Part shown: in pieces, positions 29,249 through 38,409 of the stretch
Numbering within the stretch: position 1 is the first letter of the stretch
How the letters are laid out: every line of letters begins with the position of its first letter
Source of the DNA: an uncultured Gammaproteobacteria bacterium
GTDB lineage: Bacteria > Patescibacteriota > Patescibacteriia > Magasanikbacterales > GWA2-37-8
Direction of reading: 5' to 3'
Length of the DNA: 64,000 bases
NCBI GenBank assembly: GCA_964535515.1
Contig: CAZHTA010000001.1
Span: forward strand, 49,707 to 113,706
Program-made: the position numbers and the translations under genes
Notes under the pieces: model-generated
Database searches by the model: none
The model's input: only the letters and a program-made list of their open reading frames with translations
What the model was told of the DNA's origin: nothing

Positions 29249-31876
29249 ATGTTTAAATTTAAACACCTTCTTAGCCACGCCACGAAATTAGCCAAAGAAC
29301 CAATCGACCTGTCTGATAACCTAGAAGACATTGTTTTTTTGTCTAAATTAAAAAGTAATGAATTAATCAAAAAATTTAAAACCTCTAGCACGCACGGTCT
29401 AACAAATTTTGAAACAAAAAAACGCCTACTACTATACGGAAAAAACGAAGCCATCAAAGAACAAACACCGTCCTGGCCAATAGTGCTATTAAAAAACTTC
29501 AACGACCCACTAAGCTTGCTGTTAGTCGCTTTGATTATCATTTCTGTTGTGACACGTGACTACAAAGCAGTTGTAATGATTTCCGTAATGGTGGTCTTGA
29601 GTGTTATCTTGCGCTTCTTCCAGGAGATAAAAGCCGACAAAGCAGCACAGAAATTAAGAGCGATGGTCCACACCACTATCCACGTTATTCGCAATTCTAA
29701 ACCAAAGGAAGTGCCTTTGGCAGAATTAGTACCGGGAGATATTATCCACCTTTCTTCTGGCGATATGATACCGGCCGATGTAATCTTACTTTCATCTAAA
29801 GACCTATTCGTTAATCAAGCCACTCTTACCAGTGAGTCTCTGCCTGCAGAAAAACATGCCGAACCGTTAAAAAAAGACTGTGATAATTGTTTGGATATAG
29901 AGAACGTCTGCTTCTTGGGCACTAACGTCGAAAGTGGTACTGCTATCGCCCTAGTAGCTGCTACCGGGCGCCACACCTACATTGGTGCAATGGCCAAGAA
30001 TTTAACTAACAACGAACCGCCTACTAGTTTTGATATTGGTATCAAAAAATTTACTTGGTTGATAATGACCTTTATCTTAATAATGGTGCCAGCAGTTTTC
30101 TTAATCAATGGCCTTTCTAAACACGACTGGGTCGAGGCATTGATCTTCGCTCTGGCGGTCGCCGTCGGATTAGCACCAGAAATGCTGCCAATGATCGTCG
30201 CCGTTAACCTCTCTAAGGGGGCAATGGGCATGTCAAAAAAGAAAGTAATTGTTAAACATCTTAACTCCGTTCAAAATTTTGGTGCCATGGAAATATTATG
30301 TACTGATAAAACTGGCACTCTAACTGAAGGTTATGTCATCTTAGAAAAATATTTAAATATTGAGGGCATCGAAGACAAAACAGTATTAGAGTATTCTTAC
30401 TTAAACAGTTTCTTTCAGACCGGCCTTAATAACCTAATGGACACTGCTATACTCAAACACCATGAGGTAGAAAAAGAATTAAATGTAAAAAAAGGATACA
30501 AGAAAATCGACGAAATACCATTTGATTTTTCTCGACGTCGGATGTCGGTGGTAGTTGAAACTCCTGATGGCGAACACATATTGATTTGCAAAGGCGCCAC
30601 CGAAGAAATTATTAGTGCTTCCAAGAAAGTGAAAATAAACGGCAAAGAACAAGACCTCAAAAAGGTACAAGATAAAATAAAAGAAAACATTGAAAACGAA
30701 CTTAACGCTGATGGCTTCCGAGTCGTGGCCGTTGCCTATAAAAAAATATCTGATAACAAAAAAAGATATTCTGCCGCTGATGAAAATGATTTGGTGTTAC
30801 TTGGCTTTCTCGCATTTCTTGACCCACCCAAAGCTAGTGCCAAAGAAGCGATTGCTGAATTAGAAAGAAATGGCATTGAAATCAAAGTACTTACTGGAGA
30901 CAATGAAATAGTTACTAAAAAAATCTGCTCCGAAGTTGGACTAGATGCCACACGGATCATCTTAGGACATGAAATAGAAAAATTCTCTGAAACCGAACTA
31001 ACTGAGGCCGTACAAAAATATCAGATTTTTGCCAAACTCACACCATTACATAAAGAAAAAATAGTCCGTGCCTTGCGTGCCAGCGGCAAAGCCGTTGGTT
31101 TCATGGGAGATGGAATTAATGATGCCCCTGCCCTACGTGCCGCTGATATTGGTATCTCAGTAGATAGTGCTGCTGATATTGCCAAGGAATCATCCGACAT
31201 CATCCTCCTAGAAAAAAGTCTGATGGTTTTAAAAGACGGTGTAATTGAAGGCAGAAAAATATTTGGCAATGTTGTTAAATATATTGAAATGGCCGCCAGC
31301 TCCAATTTTGGTAATATGTTTAGCGTCGTTGGTGCCAGTATTTTCCTACCCTTTTTACCGATGTTACCAATACAAATTTTAACCAATAATCTTCTTTACG
31401 ATGTCTCACAAACATCGATTCCGACCGATCAAGTAGATGAGGAATACTTAACCAAACCAAGAAAATGGAACATTGATCATATTAAAAAGTTTATCCTTTT
31501 TATTGGCCCAATTAGTTCGTTATTTGACTTTGCCACCTACTTCATCATGCTCTATGTATTTAACGCTTGGGTTAACCCAGCGATGTTCCATACCGGCTGG
31601 TTTATCGAATCACTTGCTTCGCAAACTTTAATTATCTATGTTATCCGTACTAACAAAATTCCCTTCTTACAAAGTTGGCCATCGAAGGCCCTGCTCTTTA
31701 CTACTTTAGCAATTGTTGGATTAGCAATATATCTACCATATTCTCCGCTCGCTTCCACACTTAAATTCGTTCCTCTTCCTGGACTATATTGGTGGTTGCT
31801 AGCCGCCATGCTGCTAGTTTACTTTGCACTGACTCAAACGATAAAAATGTGGTTTATAAAAAAATACAAAGATTAA
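29249..31876 (+). CDS. mgtA: magnesium-translocating P-type ATPase (MgtA-like)
   Basis: 875 aa. DKTGTLT phosphorylation motif, GDGINDAPAL. MgtA-like N-terminus. Confidence 0.85.
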   Translation: MFKFKHLLSHATKLAKEPIDLSDNLEDIVFLSKLKSNELIKKFKTSSTHGLTNFETKKRLLLYGKNEAIKEQTPSWPIVLLKNFNDPLSLLLVALIIISVVTRDYKAVVMISVMVVLSVILRFFQEIKADKAAQKLRAMVHTTIHVIRNSKPKEVPLAELVPGDIIHLSSGDMIPADVILLSSKDLFVNQATLTSESLPAEKHAEPLKKDCDNCLDIENVCFLGTNVESGTAIALVAATGRHTYIGAMAKNLTNNEPPTSFDIGIKKFTWLIMTFILIMVPAVFLINGLSKHDWVEALIFALAVAVGLAPEMLPMIVAVNLSKGAMGMSKKKVIVKHLNSVQNFGAMEILCTDKTGTLTEGYVILEKYLNIEGIEDKTVLEYSYLNSFFQTGLNNLMDTAILKHHEVEKELNVKKGYKKIDEIPFDFSRRRMSVVVETPDGEHILICKGATEEIISASKKVKINGKEQDLKKVQDKIKENIENELNADGFRVVAVAYKKISDNKKRYSAADENDLVLLGFLAFLDPPKASAKEAIAELERNGIEIKVLTGDNEIVTKKICSEVGLDATRIILGHEIEKFSETELTEAVQKYQIFAKLTPLHKEKIVRALRASGKAVGFMGDGINDAPALRAADIGISVDSAADIAKESSDIILLEKSLMVLKDGVIEGRKIFGNVVKYIEMAASSNFGNMFSVVGASIFLPFLPMLPIQILTNNLLYDVSQTSIPTDQVDEEYLTKPRKWNIDHIKKFILFIGPISSLFDFATYFIMLYVFNAWVNPAMFHTGWFIESLASQTLIIYVIRTNKIPFLQSWPSKALLFTTLAIVGLAIYLPYSPLASTLKFVPLPGLYWWLLAAMLLVYFALTQTIKMWFIKKYKD

Positions 31877-31951
31877 AACAAAACATCCAGGAACTAACCT
31901 GGATGTTTTGTTTTAGAATTCCTTGGCAAAGAATATTAGAAGCACCTTAAA

Positions 31952-32677
31952 TTACTCCACTGAATCCCAAATTATCTGAAAAACAACTTTAAACACATCT
32001 ACCATTGCCGGCACAGCGAGGACCACGGCAAGACAAGACATCTCTGGGCTAACGATCAATATCTTATCATCAAAAATATCAATAGTACTATTAAAACGAT
32101 ACTTCGACGGTAAATATTTAAACTCGCGCAACAATTCTTTTTGAGTCGGATTTAAGCCCTTAGAATCATTAGAAAGCAACAACCTAGTCTTGATGTTCGC
32201 ACTTCCTCGCTTCACACGAAAATCACGAAAAAAATCAGGTTCAATTCCCTCCCAAGCATTAGAGTTACCAATTATGCTATAACTACGATTTTTGTATTCA
32301 CCCAGAACCCCTCGATAAAACTTCTTTAACTCATTAACCGTCTCAATCAACCGGATACCAGAAACTTGTATTTGCTTTTTCCCAAAAGACTCCAAAGCAG
32401 GAATAATTTGAGTAAAACTTTCTAATTTGTTCTCAAAATATTCTGCGACTCTCTGTGGTTTTTCTGCATAAAACAATTGCTTATTTTTACGATAATACAT
32501 CGTCGCAAAACCTTTATTCGCAAGAGATTTTAACAAGGCGTATACGGTCGTACGCTTCATCCCAGTCTCTTTAGCCACAATACTAGCAACCGAACCTCCA
32601 ATCTTAAGCATGGCAAGATAAATTGCTGACTCTTCTTTGGATAAACCAAGTTCTTCTAACGCTTTTTCATTTTTCAT
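31952..32677 (-). CDS. TrmB-family transcriptional regulator
   Basis: N-terminal winged HTH LSKEESAIYLAMLKIGGSVASIVAKETGMKRTTVYALLKSLANKG plus TrmB C-domain. Confidence 0.7.
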   Translation of the reverse strand: MKNEKALEELGLSKEESAIYLAMLKIGGSVASIVAKETGMKRTTVYALLKSLANKGFATMYYRKNKQLFYAEKPQRVAEYFENKLESFTQIIPALESFGKKQIQVSGIRLIETVNELKKFYRGVLGEYKNRSYSIIGNSNAWEGIEPDFFRDFRVKRGSANIKTRLLLSNDSKGLNPTQKELLREFKYLPSKYRFNSTIDIFDDKILIVSPEMSCLAVVLAVPAMVDVFKVVFQIIWDSVE

Positions 32678-32842
32678 ATGTTGTCAAAATTATTAGACAC
32701 TTTTTATAGATACCGATATATTATCATACCTTAGCTAAATCTGTCAAGATATTAGTCATAGAAGCTTGACAATAACATGATTTTATAGTACAATTACTCG
32801 TTTTATAGTATAATAACACATAAATATTGACCTAACAAATAT

Positions 32843-34189
32843 ATGCCAAATATTAATCCGCGAGACCTATTTCGAGCAAAAATTCTAGATTATCCAGTAA
32901 ATACCACAAAAAAACACAAAACATCCTACGTAAACCTAGATAACGCCGCTACCACACCCCCATTTGCGGTAGTTGAAAAACATGTTGTCAGTTATTTGAC
33001 CAGCTATGGTTCAGTACACCGTGGTTCTGGCACTAAATCCCAGATTTCTACTGACGTTTATGAGGAAAGTCGCGAAGTGATCAAAAAATTCGTCAACGCC
33101 CCAAAAGATGACTATGTCCTCTTTACTGGAAATACCACCGGCGCTGCCAACACATTGGCATATTTCTTTTCTTTCTTAGCCGGCAAAGTAGCAGTGTCTA
33201 GTATTGAGCACAGCTCCTCTTGGCTACCTTGGATAAAAGCTGAGGGCATTACCACATTTGGCGCCAAACAAATGGACATCGAAATGATGGACAAGCTTAA
33301 TGAAAAAATTCAAAAACTCGGTCGTGCCCAAGTACTACAATATGATGTTGACGATCATTTTGAATTCAACTTAGCAGCCATTGAAAAATTACTAAAAGAA
33401 AATAAAATTAAAGCATTAGTGGTAACTGCATCATCCAACTTAACCGGCTACTGCCCAGATATCAAAGCGATTGGTCAGCTAGCACACAAATACAACGCCT
33501 ACTTCATCGTAGATGCCTGCCAATATCTACAACACCACCACGTTGATATGCGCTCGATGGAAATCGACTTTCTTATGGCTTCCGGCCACAAATTTTACGC
33601 TCCGTACGGTGGCGGTTTTCTCATCGGACCTAAATATTTCTTCGATAATTTCTTGCCATACCAGATCGGTGGCGGAAATTTACCGTATATTACCGAAGAA
33701 GGAGAATTCTTGCGCTACCGCAACCAACTAGCGCACGACCCAGGCACCCCAAATGCAGTCGGAGCAATCTCAATGGCGTGCGCTTTGCAAGAACTGACCA
33801 AAATTGGGCTCGATAACGTCTACACGTATGAACACAGATTGGCAAAGTTGGCTTTTGACTACCTCAAGACCAACCACAAAGTAGACCTATACATAACGGA
33901 GAAACATTTAAACACTATAATTCCGTTTAATATAAAAGGGGCAACATCCAAAGTAGTAGCCGGACGACTAAATGATGAATTTGGCATCGGCGTACGCGCT
34001 GGCAGCTTCTGCGTCTACCATGCAATCCGTAAATTGCTTAAGCGCACTGACGATAAACAAATCGCTAACTATGTCCGCAGAGGATACACTGATACTATGC
34101 CACAAATTATTCGTGCTTCATTCGCCCTTTGCAACACAGAAGTTGATGTTAAAAGATTCATCGAGGCGATTAAAGAAATAACAAAGTAG
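32843..34189 (+). CDS. aminotransferase class V / cysteine desulfurase-family PLP enzyme
   Basis: NLDNAATTP start, PLP-lysine SGHKF, class V fold length. Confidence 0.75.
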   Translation: MPNINPRDLFRAKILDYPVNTTKKHKTSYVNLDNAATTPPFAVVEKHVVSYLTSYGSVHRGSGTKSQISTDVYEESREVIKKFVNAPKDDYVLFTGNTTGAANTLAYFFSFLAGKVAVSSIEHSSSWLPWIKAEGITTFGAKQMDIEMMDKLNEKIQKLGRAQVLQYDVDDHFEFNLAAIEKLLKENKIKALVVTASSNLTGYCPDIKAIGQLAHKYNAYFIVDACQYLQHHHVDMRSMEIDFLMASGHKFYAPYGGGFLIGPKYFFDNFLPYQIGGGNLPYITEEGEFLRYRNQLAHDPGTPNAVGAISMACALQELTKIGLDNVYTYEHRLAKLAFDYLKTNHKVDLYITEKHLNTIIPFNIKGATSKVVAGRLNDEFGIGVRAGSFCVYHAIRKLLKRTDDKQIANYVRRGYTDTMPQIIRASFALCNTEVDVKRFIEAIKEITK

Positions 34190-34190
34190 T

Positions 34191-34895
34191 ATGAAAATAG
34201 CCAAAACGACCAACGTCAACCCGACTGACTTAAACTACGATCACTACACACGCAGTCAATATGACCGAGACATTGTAAATGCAATCCCTTTTCACAAAGA
34301 GATTCACTTACAACTCGCTGATTATATCACCAAACACTTTGCCTCTAATTGTGCAGCGGAAATAATCGATTTAGGCACTGGCACTGCTCTTACGAGTGCT
34401 GTCATTCGATCAATTTTACCACAAGCCCATTTTGACTTAATAGATTTTTCCAAACAGATGCTTAGTGGTGCAAAGAAAAAAATGGGTACAAAAAATATCC
34501 GCTATATTTTAGCTGATTTTGCCACACTAAAATTTGATAAAAAATATGACATCGCAGTTACTGTGATCGGTTTACACCATCAAACTGTCAGCGGCACTAA
34601 AAAATTATTCAAAAAAATTTACCACAATCTAAAACCAGGAGGTATATTAATCATCGGTGATTTAGTAACATACACAGACAAAAACAAAGCCGCCCTGAAC
34701 AATGCCTTACACTACAAACATCTCGTAGACAAAGCCACAAACGAAAAAGTGCTAACTGAATGGGCACACCACCATATGTATCTAAACGATCTCAAACCGT
34801 TAGAAGATCAAATTCATTGGATGAAAGACGTTGGATTCAAAATAGTATGGCAATTTAACAAATGGAACACGGCGTTGATTATTGGGAAAAAATAA
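34191..34895 (+). CDS. class I SAM-dependent methyltransferase
   Basis: Motif I IIDLGTGTA. Post I LIDFS. LKPGGILI. Its start overlaps the upstream stop, suggesting coupling with the aminotransferase. Confidence 0.75.
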   Translation: MKIAKTTNVNPTDLNYDHYTRSQYDRDIVNAIPFHKEIHLQLADYITKHFASNCAAEIIDLGTGTALTSAVIRSILPQAHFDLIDFSKQMLSGAKKKMGTKNIRYILADFATLKFDKKYDIAVTVIGLHHQTVSGTKKLFKKIYHNLKPGGILIIGDLVTYTDKNKAALNNALHYKHLVDKATNEKVLTEWAHHHMYLNDLKPLEDQIHWMKDVGFKIVWQFNKWNTALIIGKK

Positions 34896-34922
34896 ACAAA
34901 AAACCCGACCGAAAGGTTGGGT

Positions 34923-34994
34923 TTTTTGTTTGAGCGGGTAACGGGAGTCGAACCCGTATCTCGTCCTTGGCAAGGACGCATAATAGCCGCTATA
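34923..34994 (-). tRNA. tRNA-Gly (anticodon GCC)
   Basis: Minus strand gcgggtatagtatagcggctattatgcgtccttgccaaggacgagatacgggttcgactcccgttacccgct. Anticodon loop ttgccaa. Confidence 0.8.
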
Positions 34995-35060
34995 CTATAC
35001 CCGCGGACATATTTGACGACTTATAATATATATTTTTTGAGCAAAAATGTCAAGTCCTAA

Positions 35061-35548
35061 CTATTTGATATCTATTGATTTTTTTAATACCTTTTCTCCT
35101 TTTTTCCAAAACCAGCTTATCTCCCCTGCCAACAAACCTTTTAGAGTTGGGAATAACAATATATTCAAAAAGAACAAGGTAATGATAATAATGGCATCGT
35201 AACTCTGACGTACCCAATAATCGTCTCTTAACATCACCCACATACCAAATTCATCAAAAGTCAGTCCTAACCCAAAACCATATATGAGTGCTGACCAGCG
35301 TAATTGATGTGAATCTGATTTAGGTTGTTTAATTAAAAGATAAAAACCTATTACCACCAAAATCACTACTCCATAAATAAAATGATGAATATGCACCCCC
35401 TTAACAGTAAGAAAAAAATCTGGCATCAAATGACCTAAAACCAAATATACTACCAAACGTGCTGCCACAAAGGTCAAAAGGAAAGAAAAGGTAACTAGCG
35501 CTACCAATCGACGAGAAGACAAAGGTACTATTTTATTTAAATCATCCA
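35061..35548 (-). CDS. polytopic membrane protein (about 162 aa) with HxxxH-containing helix
   Basis: The ORF-track N-terminus overlaps tRNA-Gly(TCC), so start moved to the ATG abutting the tRNA 3' end. 4-5 TM helices. Confidence 0.45.
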
Positions 35549-35549
35549 T

Positions 35550-35621
35550 GAGCGGGTAACGGGAGTCGAACCCGTGTCGCCAGTTTGGAAAACTGGAATA
35601 ATAGCCGTTATACGACACCCG
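35550..35621 (-). tRNA. tRNA-Gly (anticodon TCC)
   Basis: Minus strand gcgggtgtcgtataacggctattattccagttttccaaactggcgacacgggttcgactcccgttacccgct. Confidence 0.8.
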
Positions 35622-35916
35622 CAAAAACGCTAGTATTATATATCATTTACCCCAAAAGTCAACACTCCTGTTGATAATTTCCTTGACTGAAACTACTAAG
35701 ATATTTTAAAATATTAGGTGTTGGTTACCAATAGCTAACAAAAACATATTAACTTAAATATGATTTTAAATAACAGTAATTTAGGGGGTAATGATGATTG
35801 GCAACTTTTAGATGACGAAAATACCGACGACGAAGACGGTGACGGTAAAGATGGATTAAAAAAAGAAAACTGGGGTGACGCGCTAGAAGACGGAGATGAT
35901 GACGACGATTTTAATA

Positions 35917-35969
35917 ATTAAAAACAAAGGAAATAAAAAACCACCATACTTAAAACGGTGGTTTTTTAT
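35917..35969. terminator. bidirectional terminator T3: 21-bp perfect inverted repeat arms
   Basis: caaaggaaataaaaaaccacc-atacttaaaac-ggtggttttttatttcctttg. Sits at the left edge of high-GC island 4. Confidence 0.65.
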
Positions 35970-36059
35970 TTCCTTTGTCGACAAAGTGAAGTGCCGGAGA
36001 GAATGCCGGCTCACTATCACCTCTATTGAATAGCCGAGGGACAGGCCAAGAAAGAACTA

Positions 36060-37373
36060 CTACTCCTTTTCCAAAATTTGAAACCAGGGAAGGATCGAGC
36101 GGTCCGTACGGTGATAAGGACCACGTGCCGGAAGGGTAAAGGAGGGGTTGTTGGCAAGCAACCGATACGTCTCCGGATCAACACGCCGCACTGCCGTGCC
36201 TTCGTCATACTCCTTCTTCACTACCGTACCAGCCGAATACTCATTAAGCAGTATTACTGGCAAAGCAGAAATCGGATGATGCCTGTGCACTTGCGGCATG
36301 ATTTCTTCGAACAGAAGCTGGGAGTGATTAGCCAACAACTCCGACAACACACGCAAGACTTCACGCGTGATGATCGGGCCCATGGCCAAGCAATGCTTCC
36401 CGACGAATTCGGTGACACGCGACTGAAGAACTCCCGAGCTAAACGATCCGATCGCCTTGAGCAAGTTCCAGAGCCAGGCGGTAGTATGGCGATGGCTACC
36501 GTCCGTATTGCACCCATACTCATTCACCACGATAGGAGCAAACCCGTTCTTGTACAAGCTCTGGAGCTCTTGGATAATACGCGCCGGCACCACCAGCTCA
36601 GTTGCCTTGATGGAAGCGAGCCCGACTTCTCCAACCTCAATCCACATGCCGCGATAAACACCCCGACTATGAATATTGAGATTGTAAGAATACTGTCGAT
36701 AACTCGCTGCTGCCTCCAACTCAAAAGCTACGCTCAACCCGCAATTCTCTTTACCAACAACTGACATAGTGTTCTCTGCCCACAAAAGCGTATCGCGATT
36801 GTAGACCATCCTACCGTGTTGGTCCCAAGCCTGACGCACCAACGACAGAACTTTGGCTACGCCATCATCGTGCGCCTGGTGCAGATTGCGCCGCAGCTCT
36901 TCAACATACGCCTGCCAACCAACATCACTCCGCGGCAGCGTTTGAACGACGACGGGACTCAAGACAAAGATGTCCGGCTCTGCCACACCCGACCAATCCC
37001 ACGACGGCAGCTTACGCTCTGCCACGGTCGTTACTGGCTGATGATTCCCAACAACCGGAATCCCCGCGAACTTCGAAAGCTCCTGGAAGCGACTCCATTC
37101 CAAAGCGCCGGCATTAATCTGACAACTACCGCCCGGACCAGGCAAGGTATGCCCGGGAAAGCGCGTCAGACACTGTACCCCCGGCATCACGAGCGCCGTC
37201 CCAACTCGGGAAGAAATGAACTCGCACTCACACCCACTAATCGGATCCGCGAACAGATCATTCTCCTGCTTGATCTGTTTCACGCCCTTCTGCTGTTGAT
37301 ACTGTCCCACGTCTGGCTCCCGAAAGCGACACGACGACTTGAATCCGGGCAAGAGCAACGCACCCTCTCGCAT
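36060..37373 (-). CDS. hypothetical protein (437 aa from the SD-preceded ATG), high-GC island 4
   Basis: GCAGGAGGAGGGAAC then ATG at 37373. About 60% GC. The plus-strand ORFs over it are compositional junk. No family recognised. Confidence 0.6.
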   Translation of the reverse strand: MREGALLLPGFKSSCRFREPDVGQYQQQKGVKQIKQENDLFADPISGCECEFISSRVGTALVMPGVQCLTRFPGHTLPGPGGSCQINAGALEWSRFQELSKFAGIPVVGNHQPVTTVAERKLPSWDWSGVAEPDIFVLSPVVVQTLPRSDVGWQAYVEELRRNLHQAHDDGVAKVLSLVRQAWDQHGRMVYNRDTLLWAENTMSVVGKENCGLSVAFELEAAASYRQYSYNLNIHSRGVYRGMWIEVGEVGLASIKATELVVPARIIQELQSLYKNGFAPIVVNEYGCNTDGSHRHTTAWLWNLLKAIGSFSSGVLQSRVTEFVGKHCLAMGPIITREVLRVLSELLANHSQLLFEEIMPQVHRHHPISALPVILLNEYSAGTVVKKEYDEGTAVRRVDPETYRLLANNPSFTLPARGPYHRTDRSILPWFQILEKE

Positions 37374-37447
37374 GTTCCCTCCTCCTGCTTTTTTAAACAA
37401 AAACACCCGCCAGCCTTGGCGAGTATTTTGTTCAAAAACTAATACCA

Positions 37448-37486
37448 CTACCAAGCAACCGGCCCTGTCCCGGTGGTAGTAGCGGT
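37448..37486. repeat. hairpin element H1 (direct-repeat partner of 38254-38296)
   Basis: ctaccaagcaaccggccctgtcccggtggtagtagcggtag versus ctaccgcctcaaagagagagctgaacggtggtagtagttgtag. Shared CTACC...CGGTGGTAGTAG. Confidence 0.5.
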
Positions 37487-38203
37487 AGTCAATTTTTGAA
37501 TTTCATTTACTATTTTTTCAAAACCAATAATTTTTAATTTATTCATCTCATCAACTGATAACAAAAAATTTAAAGTTGGTAATAATGATGGTACAGAAAC
37601 AAAATATTTTGACTCCTTAAATACTTTTTCTCGTTGTACAACTCCGCCAAAACCAACAAAAATACCCACTTCACTTGCCGCTTCCCAGTCAGCCACACTA
37701 TCACCCACCAACGCTAATCTTCCACCTTTTTGTTTTTCTTGCTGTAACACTTTTGTTTTACCGCAATCCTGAGCCAGCAACGAACTAGTATTAAAATTAG
37801 AAAAATTTTCATCCCCATCAAAAAATATCTCATTGGCGATAATACTGCTCTCGTCTAACCCAAGCTTTTTCGCCACCGGTAAAATCATTGGGTGAAAATT
37901 AGCTGACAAAATATATACCTGCTTATCTAAAGCACACAATATTTTTATTACCTCTACTGCTCCATCTACCAACAAACCAACACACTCCTGTGCCACAAGA
38001 TCGAGATCGTTTTTTGTCGGAGCAATCAACTGCATTTTTTCTATAAAAATATCAGCAAAAGCCACTTCGCCATCCATCGAACGTTTCGTCATAACAGCAA
38101 CTTTTTCTCCCACCCCCCGGCGCGAACCTAACAAATCCAAACTTTCCGCTTTAATCAAAGTGCTATCAAAATCAAAATATATTTTATTGATTGTTTCATT
38201 CAT
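37448..38203 (-). CDS. HAD-superfamily hydrolase (phosphatase)
   Basis: Motif I FDFDSTL, motif III/IV ...K...GDSVAD. The last about 14 codons (KLTTATTTGTGPVAW) are encoded by GC-rich island-boundary sequence. Confidence 0.75.
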   Translation of the reverse strand: MNETINKIYFDFDSTLIKAESLDLLGSRRGVGEKVAVMTKRSMDGEVAFADIFIEKMQLIAPTKNDLDLVAQECVGLLVDGAVEVIKILCALDKQVYILSANFHPMILPVAKKLGLDESSIIANEIFFDGDENFSNFNTSSLLAQDCGKTKVLQQEKQKGGRLALVGDSVADWEAASEVGIFVGFGGVVQREKVFKESKYFVSVPSLLPTLNFLLSVDEMNKLKIIGFEKIVNEIQKLTTATTTGTGPVAW

Positions 38204-38253
38204 AAAAAAACGACCCTCCTTTGAGGGTCGCAGTTAATGTTTGATCTAACAAA

Positions 38254-38296
38254 ACTACCGCCTCAAAGAGAGAGCTGAACGGTGGTAGTAGTTGTA
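38254..38296. repeat. hairpin element H2
   Basis: See H1. Located in the HAD gene upstream region. Confidence 0.5.
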
Positions 38297-38366
38297 GAAA
38301 TATTTTTCATAGTTAATATATACTATAGCAGGTAATATTTTACTGTCAAATAAAAATGTGGATAAA

Positions 38367-38402
38367 AAAATGCCCCGTTTTAATTCGGGACATTTTTCTT
38401 TT
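38367..38402 (-). terminator. pnp terminator
   Basis: Minus-strand atgtcccgaattaaaacggggcat followed by TTTTTTT. Confidence 0.55.
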
Positions 38403-38409
38403 CTTGTTT

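Noticed and set aside
35549-35624. N-terminal 25 aa of ORF 35061-35624
   Set aside because: Encoded by the tRNA-Gly(TCC) gene itself. Start moved to the ATG abutting the tRNA.
36078-37442. Plus-strand ORFs over island 4 (228 aa, 208 aa)
   Set aside because: Antisense to the SD-preceded 437-aa gene. Biased composition.
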